Positions 1-10,620 of a DNA stretch of 64,000 nucleotides are shown one piece after another. The DNA comes from a virus. Its lineage: Duplodnaviria; Caudoviricetes. Within the stretch, counting starts at the first letter, position 1. Each line of letters opens with the position of its first letter. The notes beneath the pieces are model-generated. The model saw only the letters and a list, made by a program, of their open reading frames with translations. It searched no databases and was not told where the DNA came from. Both the position numbers and the translations under genes were made by a program. The DNA is taken from IMG/VR virus record IMGVR_UViG_3300044846_003573, one strand, 5' to 3'.

Positions 1-72
1 ACCGACAGGTTCAAAGAGACTGGTAGAATTGAGAAAAGTTCAGACTCAAAACAAGAGTTTGAATCAGTTGTT

Positions 73-423
73 ATGAATTTTAATTCATTCCCATCACACT
101 ATTCAACATGGAGAATATTACCTTTGTCTGAAAAACCATTGACTGCAACAGAAGTGAATATTACACATTGTTCAAATTGTGGAACCAAGATAAAGAAATC
201 ATCTTGGAAATTCTGTCCTCAATGTGGTAAACAAATGGTTAGAACCAAAACTGAAATTCATTATACTATGGACACTAAAGTAAGTATTGATGGTAAACAT
301 TATGTTATGTTAACATATAATGACACTTTAGATAATTTCTTAAAGAGAAATGAAAATAAACTAATTTACATAAAATCAGATTCATTGACATCCTACTCGT
401 TGAGAGCTATTATCATTGACTAA
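73..423 (+). CDS. hypothetical protein with zinc-ribbon
   Basis: CSNCG...CPQCG double CxxC motif. Confidence 0.6.
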   Translation: MNFNSFPSHYSTWRILPLSEKPLTATEVNITHCSNCGTKIKKSSWKFCPQCGKQMVRTKTEIHYTMDTKVSIDGKHYVMLTYNDTLDNFLKRNENKLIYIKSDSLTSYSLRAIIID

Positions 424-447
424 AAAAATATCAACAAGGTTTCTTAA

Positions 448-473
448 AGCCCCTCCGATGTGAGGGGTTTTTT
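448..473. terminator. intrinsic terminator between convergent genes
   Basis: CCCCTC-cgatgt-GAGGGG then T-run. Confidence 0.75.
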
Positions 474-474
474 A

Positions 475-1218
475 TTATTCTTGATTTGATAAAAGTTGTA
501 AATGTTCAAATGCGTCAAAGACATCATCAGTTAATTTTGTGTAATCAATATCAAATGTTTTTGGCATCTTTGTGTAAACTGACTCAATATTGTACGGTTC
601 AAAACCAATCTTGTACCATTTTCTTTTTTGTCTCATCCATAGGTAGGACAGTACATAAGCGTTTGACTTTTGAGTGTATACCTCAGAATTTGCAACAAAT
701 TCTAAATCATATTTTTTAATCTTTTCGACGGTTCTTTTCTCACAATCCACCTCAACGGCAATACCTGATTTAATTTCTTCATCAATCTTATTAATGTCAA
801 TATCATCTGAGCCCTCAATCCATTTAAAAGTTTCCTCTAAACCTAATAAAGAATTGAACAATGGGTCATTTTCAATGAATTGGTCCATATGTGATGCTTC
901 GTGAAGTAAAATAAGTAACCATTTATTAAGTTCTTTTCCTGTTGCGCAAGCAAGAACTCGTCTATCTGGGTCAAAATATCCGTTTGTTTGAATATTTTCA
1001 CCTGGATATTGAACTCCGAGTGTGTTTGGGGTGAATAATGTTATATTATGTTCCAAACATTTTTCTTCTAAGTCGGATATAAACTTATCAATCTTTGATT
1101 TTTGTTCATCGGTTAAATTGGGTTCGTTTACATATATTGATTCATTAATCATATTTTCAGTATTAACCCCCATAATCTCTTTGATTCTACGAGTTTCAGT
1201 AATAATTTCTTTTTTCAT
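475..1218 (-). CDS. putative zincin metallopeptidase (tagged N-terminus)
   Basis: LLHEASH HExxH plus downstream E; start moved to MKKEIITE, which follows a TATTTAT motif. Confidence 0.55.
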   Translation of the reverse strand: MKKEIITETRRIKEIMGVNTENMINESIYVNEPNLTDEQKSKIDKFISDLEEKCLEHNITLFTPNTLGVQYPGENIQTNGYFDPDRRVLACATGKELNKWLLILLHEASHMDQFIENDPLFNSLLGLEETFKWIEGSDDIDINKIDEEIKSGIAVEVDCEKRTVEKIKKYDLEFVANSEVYTQKSNAYVLSYLWMRQKRKWYKIGFEPYNIESVYTKMPKTFDIDYTKLTDDVFDAFEHLQLLSNQE

Positions 1219-1310
1219 TCTGTCAATAAATATTTTATTTGGGCTAATATACAAAAAATTACATGTTCTAATACTTTAAAAAAAGAAAAACAATGTGATA
1301 TTTATTTGGT

Positions 1311-2210
1311 ATGAGGGATTTAATCAAAAAAATCATAAGAGAAGAAACAGAAGTTAAAGAGATGGGTCTCAGTATGGGTAAGCTACGAGCTTCCCAGCCA
1401 AAGAACTATCTTGTCAAATCTCTTATAGATAAAGAAAAGAGTGAAGAATCAAGAAGTGAGTTAAAGAAGATGGTTAAAAAATGTAATAACCTTTACTCCG
1501 AAATTGATAGTGAACTCCGAAATCTTAAATGGGAAGACATCAATTTTTATGAACCAAATAAGTTTTTTTATGTTATGTTACCAAAAAACATAACTAATAA
1601 AATGAAAGAGATGACTGAGTTGTATGAAGAATTAAATAAGAATGGTTATACAAACGGATTAAATCCTCTTAGTAAGATTGCTCAAATGGCTGCTGATTAC
1701 AGGGAGTTTATAGAAACAATATGGATTTACATGTACACTGACCAGCCAAGAAATAGAACTCACTTCCCGGTAGGACTACCTAAATCATTACTTGGGTATA
1801 ATCTCGGTGTTAAAATTTACAGGTCACTTCTTCATAAACTTGGATTTATACAATCAGCTGAAAATGCAACTAATGCGGTTCAGGAAGTTTTTAGACGATT
1901 ATTAGAAATGCCGGATGTTAACGCTGTGGTGTATAATGATACTGTTTTATTGATTGAAGATGGATTACCAAAAAGTAAAGTAATTGAAATTGTAACTGAT
2001 AGTATCTATGAAAGATACTTAACCAAGAAAAACACAAGAAAACTTGTTTTAAACAGAAGTATTATTGTTAGTAGTAAGTTATTAAAACTTATTGGGGAGA
2101 CAAGGTTACTCAATATGATGTATGAGTTATTTTATAGTGCTAAAAAAGAAAATAGAGAACCATTTGAAAAAATTGGTTATAAGAGCCCCAAGAGTGACGA
2201 ACCTGAGTAA
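1311..2210 (+). CDS. hypothetical protein, LREE-type N-terminal tag
   Basis: MRDLIKKIIREE; TATTTAT upstream. Confidence 0.7.
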   Translation: MRDLIKKIIREETEVKEMGLSMGKLRASQPKNYLVKSLIDKEKSEESRSELKKMVKKCNNLYSEIDSELRNLKWEDINFYEPNKFFYVMLPKNITNKMKEMTELYEELNKNGYTNGLNPLSKIAQMAADYREFIETIWIYMYTDQPRNRTHFPVGLPKSLLGYNLGVKIYRSLLHKLGFIQSAENATNAVQEVFRRLLEMPDVNAVVYNDTVLLIEDGLPKSKVIEIVTDSIYERYLTKKNTRKLVLNRSIIVSSKLLKLIGETRLLNMMYELFYSAKKENREPFEKIGYKSPKSDEPE

Positions 2211-2219
2211 GTATTATAA

Positions 2220-2549
2220 ATGAAATATATAATCACAGAATCACAATTAGACAGAGTCATCTTTAAATATTTGGATAACCAGGACTTCATTCAAATTGAA
2301 AAAGACGGTTATATATATTTTTTAAATTCAGAAAATGATACGTATTCTGAAATTGTATTTGATATCACTAAACATTATTGTTTTATTTCACCTGATTTGA
2401 TTAGGGAGATATGTGATTTTTTCACTATTGATAAAACTGTATCAAAAGATAATATAGGTATTTGGGTTGAAAACACACTTGGTGTCGATATATCTGAAAT
2501 TAATCCTAATATTTTGATGAAAAAGTATCCTTTTAAATTTTCTGATTAA
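2220..2549 (+). CDS. MKYxITESQL-tag family protein (IFKYLD domain)
   Basis: paralog of the 47079, 48733, 49081 and 50916 genes. Confidence 0.8.
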   Translation: MKYIITESQLDRVIFKYLDNQDFIQIEKDGYIYFLNSENDTYSEIVFDITKHYCFISPDLIREICDFFTIDKTVSKDNIGIWVENTLGVDISEINPNILMKKYPFKFSD

Positions 2550-2564
2550 ATCTATTTATAAGGT

Positions 2565-2936
2565 ATGAAAAAAATTATTAACTTAACTGAGAGTGATTTG
2601 GTTAGAATTATAAAAAGAGTTATTACCGAACAAACAAAGGATGGTCCTGTAGCAATTCCTAAAAATGCTGAAATTAATATTGATAATAATATTATTCAGG
2701 ACGCTAAAAAGATGGGTATTAATTTACTAAATAAAGAAACACCTAAAACTTTTTTAGAAAAGTTAAACAAAAGTAAGGTTGGTATAAATGCGTTCCATGT
2801 TAAACAAGATTATGAGTTCCCAATTTATCCAGTGTATGCTAACATAGGTGATTTTAGATTTAGTTTTGAACCATTTGACAAAGTTAATGGTCAGTATAGG
2901 TTAAAATGGACTAAAACAATTCCTTATAAAAAATAA
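2565..2936 (+). CDS. MKKIxxLTESDL-tag family protein
   Basis: shared N-terminal tag; TATTTAT upstream. Confidence 0.75.
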   Translation: MKKIINLTESDLVRIIKRVITEQTKDGPVAIPKNAEINIDNNIIQDAKKMGINLLNKETPKTFLEKLNKSKVGINAFHVKQDYEFPIYPVYANIGDFRFSFEPFDKVNGQYRLKWTKTIPYKK

Positions 2937-2971
2937 TTGACAATCCAAAGTTAATATTCTATAATTGGAAT

Positions 2972-3325
2972 ATGAAAAAATATCTTACACTTAAAAATTT
3001 GGGATGGTTGTTAACTGCAATCGTTACCTTTATGCTTGGAATGAGCGGACTAACAAAAATTGTTAGTGCTGAACAACAAGTCACTAATTTCACCGCAATG
3101 AACTTACTACCTTACATGGCACTTGTTGGTGTGATGGAAGTTGCCGGTGTTGTAGCTCTTTGTATTCCAAGAACATCAATTTACGGAGCAGTTATCTTGT
3201 CTTCAGTAATGTCAGGAGCAGTTGCTCTTCACTTAGCCCTTATGGGTGGTTCAGGTTTCTTGGTTCCAGTGGTTCTTGGTTGTTTAGCTTGGACCGCACA
3301 TTGTTTGAGAACTTATACCAAGTAA
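2972..3325 (+). CDS. DoxX-family membrane protein
   Basis: 4 TM segments, MSGLTKIV and GVMEVAG patterns. Confidence 0.7.
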   Translation: MKKYLTLKNLGWLLTAIVTFMLGMSGLTKIVSAEQQVTNFTAMNLLPYMALVGVMEVAGVVALCIPRTSIYGAVILSSVMSGAVALHLALMGGSGFLVPVVLGCLAWTAHCLRTYTK

Positions 3326-3344
3326 TCTTAAAACAAAAATTATT

Positions 3345-3373
3345 AAACCCTGTCGTAAATGATGGGGTTTTTT
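3345..3373 (+). terminator. intrinsic terminator
   Basis: AAACCCTGTC..GATGGGGTTT stem then T-run. Confidence 0.7.
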
Positions 3374-3398
3374 GTTTATATTTGTATTTATAAATTAT

Positions 3399-3953
3399 AT
3401 GACAAAGAAAGAACAAATATTGAGTAGTTTTTTAAAAACTAAAATGAACATCCCAAAGGATGTTAAATATGAGTTTGTTGATTTTGATAATAGACGAGCA
3501 TTGAAGGTTTATACTGATGTTGCCAAGACTGATAAAAACAGTGGACAATATGATGAAGAATACACCAAGTTTTTTAGACCCTCAACAAAAAAATTAACTG
3601 GAATCCCAAGGTTTACATATGATTGGTCAAGAAAGTTTGAAGGTGTATTTAATGAGTTTTTTAATTCAACAGGTTTACCAAAAGAATATTATAAAGTTTA
3701 TGATGAGTTCATTAATTATGATTACCTATCAGATATCAATGATAAAATTGAAGAGGCAATTAAGAGAACAAACTATCCTAATACAGAATTTAGTTGGGAT
3801 AGAGACAGCAATCCTGAACTAAAAATCTTATTTACTAATTTAACAAAGGAACAATTTGCCGATTATACAAATTTTAAAAATGAGTTACAAGATGAACTTA
3901 GAGGTTCCGTTGATTTAGATGAGTATAATCTTTCCTTTAGACAACCAAGATAA
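3399..3953 (+). CDS. hypothetical protein
   Basis: ORF downstream of a TATATTTG element. Confidence 0.6.
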   Translation: MTKKEQILSSFLKTKMNIPKDVKYEFVDFDNRRALKVYTDVAKTDKNSGQYDEEYTKFFRPSTKKLTGIPRFTYDWSRKFEGVFNEFFNSTGLPKEYYKVYDEFINYDYLSDINDKIEEAIKRTNYPNTEFSWDRDSNPELKILFTNLTKEQFADYTNFKNELQDELRGSVDLDEYNLSFRQPR

Positions 3954-3988
3954 TTTGATTATCTAAAAATTTCATCCTATATTTGTTA

Positions 3989-4327
3989 ATGAAATTGATT
4001 TTAGGAATGTTAGTGGGGTTACTTGCTCAAGTACTAACCTTCTTACAACTACAAGGAAGATGGAAGTATGATTGGATGAAAAACAACCAATGGTTGGTCG
4101 TACTAATGGGTATTCCGATTTCAATTTTATTTATGACATCAGTTGGTTTGATGGTTGAGCACTTCAACGGACAGTTGTGGCCATCAAGGTTGATAGGATT
4201 TGTGTTGGGAACAATTATGTTTACAATCTTATCTATTACATTGTTTGGTGAACCTATAACGGTTAAAACGGGAGTGTGTTTAGGTTTGAGTTTTTTGATA
4301 CTGATGGTTCAGTTGTTTTGGAAGTAA
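3989..4327 (+). CDS. small 4-TM membrane protein (DMT/SMR-like)
   Basis: four hydrophobic helices, LFGEPIT motif; TATATTTG at 3978-3985. Confidence 0.55.
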   Translation: MKLILGMLVGLLAQVLTFLQLQGRWKYDWMKNNQWLVVLMGIPISILFMTSVGLMVEHFNGQLWPSRLIGFVLGTIMFTILSITLFGEPITVKTGVCLGLSFLILMVQLFWK

Positions 4328-4328
4328 A

Positions 4329-4402
4329 GCGCCCTTAGCTCATTCGGTTAGAGCAACTGACTCATAATCAGTGGGTGACAGGTTCGATTCCTGTAGGGCG
4401 CA
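4329..4402 (+). tRNA. tRNA with CAT anticodon (Ile2 or elongator Met)
   Basis: acceptor GCGCCCT/AGGGCGC, anticodon arm ACTGA-CTCATAA-TCAGT, GGTTCGATTCC T-arm; CCA not encoded. Confidence 0.9.
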
Positions 4403-4408
4403 CTTGTT

Positions 4409-4493
4409 GGTTGGATGGTGGAACAGGTAGACACGCAAGACTTAAAATCTTGTGGACATTACGTCCGTGCGGGTTCGATTCCCGCTCCGACTA
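4409..4493 (+). tRNA. tRNA-Leu(TAA)
   Basis: acceptor GGTTGGA/TCCGACT, CAAGA-CTTAAAA-TCTTG, long variable arm, GCGGGTTCGATTCCCGC. Confidence 0.92.
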
Positions 4494-4496
4494 CTA

Positions 4497-4529
4497 AAAA
4501 GACCCTCTAATTTATTTAGGGGGTTTTTT
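4497..4529 (+). terminator. intrinsic terminator after tRNAs
   Basis: ACCCTCTAA..TTAGGGGGT then T-run. Confidence 0.7.
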
Positions 4530-4562
4530 GGTTTTATTAATATTTATCATTATATTCGTATT

Positions 4563-4709
4563 ATGAAAAATCCATTTGAAGGTTTTACAGAGGAACAGAT
4601 TAAGAAACTGATGTTTTCTACTGATTTATCTTTATACGAAAGGAATAAAGAATTATTTGAGAAAAATGTCCGTATCAAACAAACTGAAAATAAGAAACCT
4701 ACTTCGTGA
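4563..4709 (+). CDS. small hypothetical protein
   Basis: 3' part of the track ORF; the upstream part overlaps the tRNA so the start was moved to MKNPF. Confidence 0.45.
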   Translation: MKNPFEGFTEEQIKKLMFSTDLSLYERNKELFEKNVRIKQTENKKPTS

Positions 4710-5760
4710 AGCTGTAGGTGTTCCTTCTGATATTGAAATGATGACTTCGGTATTTGCTGAGGTCGTTAAAAAACTGCTCTATTCTTTCAAGTCATCCAAT
4801 GAACCATTAGAGGAGGTTGAGATTGATGTTAAAACCATTGGTGAAAGTGTTATGCGTAGGGGTGAGATTGAAATTGACGGTGATAAATCTTGGAACATGG
4901 TTAAGGAAACTCAAAGCTTTGATGAACAGGAGTGGGGTAAGTTTCCGATGTATAAAAACCCTATTGATATTAAGTTTGAAATCTTTGAAGAGGGTGTTTT
5001 ACAGGCGGTTTATAAAAGTAATCTTAATGTTGATGCGTCACATAGTTTTGATGCTGCTGACTTCAAGAGTGGTGATGTGTTTGATATTAGTATGTTTGAT
5101 TTCCATATTAGAATGGATGAGGAAACGTGGGATAATCTGGAATTGTTATCTCCAACGTTGGAGTCAGTTATTTCACATGAGTTATTACATGCTTATCAGT
5201 TGTATAAGAGATATACTAATAAGGGTCAGATAGGATTTGGTAAGGGACAGGCAACAAATGTATTGGTTAACGCTATTAAAAGTGAGTTCTTACCTGAATG
5301 GAATAATTTTTTACATTTGATTTATTTGACTTTGAACTTTGAGCAAGACGCTCGTATTCCACAGGTGTCACATATTTTAAGAAGGACTAAAATTGATAGT
5401 TATGAAGATTTCATTGAAGCTTTAAGGGGTACATCGGTTTTTAAAGAGATTAAAGAATTAAGAGATTTCTCAGCGGATGATTTATTTGAATCATTAAAAA
5501 AGATTAATAGTCTCCAAGATATGATATTTAAAGAGGTGGCGGTTGAGAAGGCTTATGAATGGATTTTTGAATGGAATGATATTTTGGAAAAGATTGTTGA
5601 ACATACGGTTGCGAATGGTGTTAGTCCATCGAAGATTGACGCAATACCATTGGCCGTTAGAAAAGACCCAAAGAAGTTTTTTGAATACTTTGAAAGAAAG
5701 TTTAAATTCACGGCTAATAATATGTTAAAGAGAGTTTCAAAACTTTATTCTTTAAGATGA
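4666..5760 (+). CDS. putative zincin metallopeptidase (LLRE tag)
   Basis: ISHELLHAYQ HExxH, later EQDARI; N-terminal KIRNLLRE. Confidence 0.55.
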   Translation: MSVSNKLKIRNLLREAVGVPSDIEMMTSVFAEVVKKLLYSFKSSNEPLEEVEIDVKTIGESVMRRGEIEIDGDKSWNMVKETQSFDEQEWGKFPMYKNPIDIKFEIFEEGVLQAVYKSNLNVDASHSFDAADFKSGDVFDISMFDFHIRMDEETWDNLELLSPTLESVISHELLHAYQLYKRYTNKGQIGFGKGQATNVLVNAIKSEFLPEWNNFLHLIYLTLNFEQDARIPQVSHILRRTKIDSYEDFIEALRGTSVFKEIKELRDFSADDLFESLKKINSLQDMIFKEVAVEKAYEWIFEWNDILEKIVEHTVANGVSPSKIDAIPLAVRKDPKKFFEYFERKFKFTANNMLKRVSKLYSLR

Positions 5761-6137
5761 AATATAAATTAACACCACATCAATATCAGAAACTTCAGAA
5801 CATGATTTATAATGTTATTGAGGATATGATGCCTGAACATATTAATGTTGAGTATGTTGATGGTTATTATCATAGTGATTTGAATGATGTGGATGATATA
5901 AATGAAATTGATTCGGTTTTATTTTATGACGCGGAAAGTTACGAAAATCTTTTTAAGATACGTATAAGACATCATTATGATAATACTGTTCCTAAAATAT
6001 TTATTGAGGATTTTATTAAAGAAAAACTTGATGGTTTATTTGGTGAGGGTAGATGGCATGAACAGTTAATCAAATGGATTGAATACAATCATCCTGAGGT
6101 TTCCACTTTATATGACAAAATTAAATCTGTTGTGTAA
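5757..6137 (+). CDS. MKY-tag variant hypothetical protein
   Basis: MKYKLTPHQYQKL N-terminus. Confidence 0.65.
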   Translation: MKYKLTPHQYQKLQNMIYNVIEDMMPEHINVEYVDGYYHSDLNDVDDINEIDSVLFYDAESYENLFKIRIRHHYDNTVPKIFIEDFIKEKLDGLFGEGRWHEQLIKWIEYNHPEVSTLYDKIKSVV

Positions 6138-6148
6138 TACTTATTAGT

Positions 6149-7303
6149 ATGGCTATCATATATAATAGTATTACTCCAAACAAAATTAAAATAGATTATA
6201 CCACACAAGGGTTTCCAAATACCTTTAATTACGACTCAAATTATTTAAACATTAATACATGGTATTTTGGTATTGATGTTAATAGACCTTACGGACCTTC
6301 TTCAGGTACTGGATGGTATCAGGGGGTTGATGCTCGTACAATAGATGAAGCGACCTACACCATTTATTATACAGGAACAACAATTGGTAATACAGGTAAT
6401 GCCAATGACAAATATAGATGTGTTCAATATGACAACCAATCAGATGTTATAAACTTTGTTAATAATGTAACCGCAGGTTTTCCTACTTTTGGTTCATTAC
6501 CGGATGCATTGAATTGGTTTAAAGATGATGGTTATACTAGAGGTGGTCTAGGTGAAATGGTCTGTGTTAATATGAATTATCCTAATATACCAACATCAGG
6601 ATTAACTTTTGGTGTCGATTCTGGGTTTGTTGCATCCTATCCATGGACAAACCCAACGTGGTATGATTTCGGAATGTCTACTATGAGTGGATTTTCAGGT
6701 AATTCAAGAATAATCCAACATTTTGACAACAGTTTATTTTTTGATTTTATAGATGATGGTTCCCCAACTGAATACTTTACGTCATCAAAACAGGAAAACT
6801 TAGGACAAGATTTTACTGTAATATTTTGGGGTTCACCGGCAGCAGTTGCTGATACTAGAACTCATTCAGTATTTTCAGTTAGGTCAAATAATCGTTCAAA
6901 CTATGTTGGTATTTACGATGATAAGTTTTCAATAACTTTTTATTTCACGGTTCGTGATACTACCGATGGTTTAAAAACTAGACAAGGTGCTACCAATTAC
7001 ACTTCAGGTGTTTGGGCTCAATTCTCATATGTTTTTGAAACCAATAGTGGTGGAACAACGACAACTAGTTTTTATTATAATGATAGTCTTGAAGAAACAA
7101 ATGAAGAAAGTTATTTAGTTGAATCATGGAACTCGGATATTGGTGAAGGATGGGTTATTGGACAGCTTGCTGGTGCAAAATCAGTTACTGAAAACTATTT
7201 TGGTGGTATGGCAGTTGTATTGGTTTATGATAGAGCTCTCAGCGCAACTGAAATTGCTGACATATACCAAAACTATCTTGAAACAAGAACGTTATTTCAG
7301 TGA
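6149..7303 (+). CDS. LamG/concanavalin A-like domain protein, possible virion component
   Basis: C-terminal WAQFSYVF..FYYN..WVIG..YFGG..YDRALSATEIADIY pattern. Confidence 0.65.
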   Translation: MAIIYNSITPNKIKIDYTTQGFPNTFNYDSNYLNINTWYFGIDVNRPYGPSSGTGWYQGVDARTIDEATYTIYYTGTTIGNTGNANDKYRCVQYDNQSDVINFVNNVTAGFPTFGSLPDALNWFKDDGYTRGGLGEMVCVNMNYPNIPTSGLTFGVDSGFVASYPWTNPTWYDFGMSTMSGFSGNSRIIQHFDNSLFFDFIDDGSPTEYFTSSKQENLGQDFTVIFWGSPAAVADTRTHSVFSVRSNNRSNYVGIYDDKFSITFYFTVRDTTDGLKTRQGATNYTSGVWAQFSYVFETNSGGTTTTSFYYNDSLEETNEESYLVESWNSDIGEGWVIGQLAGAKSVTENYFGGMAVVLVYDRALSATEIADIYQNYLETRTLFQ

Positions 7304-7405
7304 CAATTTGTCATACTTTTTTCTTTGGTACATTGTTTAATAATGGGGGTCGGACTTGACTCCATAAAAAATAATCAATATTATTAAACAAAATTAAATT
7401 AAACT

Positions 7406-9277
7406 ATGGGAAAAATTATAGGTATTGACCTTGGAACAACTAATTCATGTGTTGCCGTAATGGAAGGTAACGAACCAGTTGTAATTACAAACAGTGAAGG
7501 AAAAAGAACCACCCCTTCAATTGTGGGTTTCTTAAATGGTGGTGAGAGAAAGGTTGGCGACCCGGCTAAACGTCAGGCGGTTACTAATCCTGATAAGACT
7601 ATCTCATCTATCAAACGTTTCATGGGAACAAGTTTTGATGAAAGTAAGGGTGAGGTTAAACGTGTACCTTATAAAGTGGTTAAGGGTGATGGTGGAACTC
7701 CTCGTGTTGAGATTGAGGATAGAAAGTATTCACCACAAGAAATTTCCGCAATGGTTCTTCAAAAGATGAAACAAACTGCTGAGGACTATTTGGGAAGTGA
7801 AGTTACTGAAGCGGTTATCACCGTACCGGCATACTTCAACGATGCTCAACGTCAAGCTACAAAAGAAGCTGGTGAGATTGCGGGATTGAAGGTGATGAGA
7901 ATTGTTAACGAACCAACTGCGGCAGCACTTGCTTACGGATTGGACAAACAATCTAAAGATATGAAGATTGTTGTGTTTGACTGTGGTGGTGGAACACATG
8001 ACGTATCTGTGTTGGAACTTGGTGATGGTGTGTTTGAAGTATTGTCTACTGATGGTGATACACACCTTGGTGGTGATGACTTTGACCAAGCAATCATTGA
8101 CTGGTTGGTTACAGAGTTCAAAGATGAAAACGGAATTGACTTGACCAAAGATGCTATGGCTCTTCAACGTCTTCGTGAAGGAGCTGAGAAGGCGAAGATT
8201 GAATTATCTTCTTCACCATCTACGGAGATTAACTTACCATATATTATGCCTGTTGATGGTATACCGAAACACTTGGTAAGAACTTTAACTAAGGCTAAGT
8301 TTGAACAACTTGTTGATAGTTTGGTTGAAAGAACTATTGCTCCTTGTAAGTCGGCATTGAAGAACGCAGGAATTAAGACAAGTGATATTGACGAAATCAT
8401 TTTGGTTGGAGGAACAACACGTATTCCGGCAATTCAGGAAGCAGTTAAGAAGTTCTTCGGTAAGGAACCATCAAAGGGTGTTAACCCTGATGAGGTTGTT
8501 GCTCTTGGAGCAGCAATTCAGGCAGGTGTATTAGCAGGTGATGTTAAAGATGTATTGTTATTAGATGTAACACCACTATCACTTGGTATTGAAACTATGG
8601 GTGGAGTATTCACAAAGTTAATTGAGGCTAACACGACTATCCCGACTAAGAAGTCACAGGTATTCTCAACTGCGGTTGATAACCAACCTACCGTTGAAAT
8701 CCATGTATTACAAGGTGAGAGAGCGATGGCTAAAGACAACCGAAGTATTGGACGTTTCCACTTGGATGGTATCCCACCGGCACAAAGAGGTATTCCACAG
8801 GTTGAGGTAACATTTGATATTGATGCTAATGGTATCATCAATGTATCGGCATTAGACAAAGGAACTAACAAACAACAAAATATCCGCATTGAATCATCAT
8901 CAGGACTTTCGAAAGAAGAGATTGAAAAGATGAGACAAGAGGCGGAGATGAACGCTGAATCAGATAAGAAAGCAAAAGAAGATGCTGAGGTTATCAACCA
9001 AGCTGACACAACAATCTTCCAAGTGGAAAAGTCTTTAAAAGATATTGAAGATAAAATCACGGAAGAACAAAAGTCAGAGGTAACAACTGCTCTTGAAGAA
9101 TTGAAATCTGCTCATTCATCAAAGGACATTGAGAAGATTAAGGAAGGAATTGAGAACATTAATAACGTGTTTCAAGGGATTACCGCAAATCTTTATAGTC
9201 AATCGTCTGATATGAATGAAACCATGACTGATGATTCTGAAGTATCTGATGTAGATTTTGAAGAAGTTGGTAAGTAG
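7406..9277 (+). CDS. dnaK: Hsp70 chaperone DnaK
   Basis: [44 protein letters not shown]. Confidence 0.98.
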   Translation: MGKIIGIDLGTTNSCVAVMEGNEPVVITNSEGKRTTPSIVGFLNGGERKVGDPAKRQAVTNPDKTISSIKRFMGTSFDESKGEVKRVPYKVVKGDGGTPRVEIEDRKYSPQEISAMVLQKMKQTAEDYLGSEVTEAVITVPAYFNDAQRQATKEAGEIAGLKVMRIVNEPTAAALAYGLDKQSKDMKIVVFDCGGGTHDVSVLELGDGVFEVLSTDGDTHLGGDDFDQAIIDWLVTEFKDENGIDLTKDAMALQRLREGAEKAKIELSSSPSTEINLPYIMPVDGIPKHLVRTLTKAKFEQLVDSLVERTIAPCKSALKNAGIKTSDIDEIILVGGTTRIPAIQEAVKKFFGKEPSKGVNPDEVVALGAAIQAGVLAGDVKDVLLLDVTPLSLGIETMGGVFTKLIEANTTIPTKKSQVFSTAVDNQPTVEIHVLQGERAMAKDNRSIGRFHLDGIPPAQRGIPQVEVTFDIDANGIINVSALDKGTNKQQNIRIESSSGLSKEEIEKMRQEAEMNAESDKKAKEDAEVINQADTTIFQVEKSLKDIEDKITEEQKSEVTTALEELKSAHSSKDIEKIKEGIENINNVFQGITANLYSQSSDMNETMTDDSEVSDVDFEEVGK

Positions 9278-9296
9278 TTCATAACCAACTAATGTT

Positions 9297-9324
9297 AAAA
9301 CCCCTCACTTTGAGGGGTTTTTTT
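9297..9324 (+). terminator. intrinsic terminator
   Basis: AAAACCCCTCA-ctt-TGAGGGGTTTT. Confidence 0.8.
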
Positions 9325-9348
9325 ATTTAATAAAGGTATTTATGAAAT

Positions 9349-10620
9349 ATGACGAAAAATACAAAAATCTATTTACTTTTTTCTATTTTAATAATGTCTG
9401 TATTCTTTTTGGTTAAAACATCTGTTTTACTTGAAATACAGGAATCAACAAGAGTTACACGTGGTATTGAATACATTTGTTTTATTTTGTTAATTCCTAT
9501 ATCAATATTAATGATTAAAGACTTTATCAAATCTAATAAAAATTCAATATCTAAAGAATCTGTAGATAAGTTAATTAAATTAGAAAATGAACTTACTAAT
9601 AGAATGACCGCTATCAATAAATCTAATGCGGTTATTGAATTTGATTTAGAAGGTAATATTATTTTTGCCAATGATTTGTTTATAAAAACTATGGGATATC
9701 CATCACAGGATGAAATAGTTGGAAAACATCACAGAATTTTTGTGGAAGATGATTATGAGAAAAGTGAGGATTATTGTCTTTTTTGGGAAAAATTAAGAAG
9801 TGGTGTATTATTTTCAGGGGAAATTGTTAGAGTTAAAAAAGATGGGTCTTTAGTTTATTTACAAGCGACCTACAATCCTATTTTTGATACTGATGGTAAG
9901 ATTTATCGTGTTATGAAAATCGCTATTGATATCACGAATTCTTACGAACAGAAGAAAGAGATTGAAAGAAAGAATACATACTTGGAACATGCTGCTAAGA
10001 TATTGAGACACGATATGCATTCAGGTATTAATACCTATATACCAAGAGGTGTTAACTCGTTGGAGAGAAGATTAACTCAAGAAGATATTGTTAAACTTAA
10101 AATTGAGGCACCACTTAAAATGATTAAGGAAGGACTTAAGCATTCACAGAAAGTTTATAAAGGTGTTTATGAATTTACCAATCTGGTAAAGAAAGATGTT
10201 GTTCTTAATAAAACTGAATTTAACATCAAGGACATTCTCAAGGACTATTTGTCCTCGACGGCATACATTAGTCAGGTTATGTTGGATGATAACCTACCAA
10301 CGATTGAAGTTAATGAACCATTGTTTTGTACAGCATTGGATAACCTAATTAGGAATGGTTTAAAATATAATGATTCAGATACCAAGTTTGTTAAGATATA
10401 CTCTGAAGGTGATATGATATTCATACAGGATAATGGTAGAGGTATTACCCAAGAAGATTTTAATTATTTATCAAAACCATACACCAGAAAAGAAGGTCAA
10501 AAAGAATCGGGTACTGGTTTAGGATTGAATATCTGTGTTGCCATTTTAGAAGAACACGGATTTAAAATAACCTGTGAAAAAAATGAAACAGGAACTAAAA
10601 TGAAAATCAAATTTAAATGA
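9349..10620 (+). CDS. membrane PAS-domain sensor histidine kinase
   Basis: 2 TM, PAS (AVIEFDLEGNIIFAND..KKDGS..QATYNPI..KIAIDIT), H-box LRHDMHSG, N-box DNLIRNGLKY, DNGRG, GTGLGL. Confidence 0.92.
   Translation: MTKNTKIYLLFSILIMSVFFLVKTSVLLEIQESTRVTRGIEYICFILLIPISILMIKDFIKSNKNSISKESVDKLIKLENELTNRMTAINKSNAVIEFDLEGNIIFANDLFIKTMGYPSQDEIVGKHHRIFVEDDYEKSEDYCLFWEKLRSGVLFSGEIVRVKKDGSLVYLQATYNPIFDTDGKIYRVMKIAIDITNSYEQKKEIERKNTYLEHAAKILRHDMHSGINTYIPRGVNSLERRLTQEDIVKLKIEAPLKMIKEGLKHSQKVYKGVYEFTNLVKKDVVLNKTEFNIKDILKDYLSSTAYISQVMLDDNLPTIEVNEPLFCTALDNLIRNGLKYNDSDTKFVKIYSEGDMIFIQDNGRGITQEDFNYLSKPYTRKEGQKESGTGLGLNICVAILEEHGFKITCEKNETGTKMKIKFK

Noticed and set aside
4452-4562. N-terminal extension of the 4452 ORF
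   Set aside because: Overlaps tRNA-Leu and its terminator.
7536-9060. Nested and antisense ORFs within dnaK and other long genes (also in the kinases, 43786, 44097, 58576)
   Set aside because: Shadow frames of strongly supported genes with no motifs or initiation signals.
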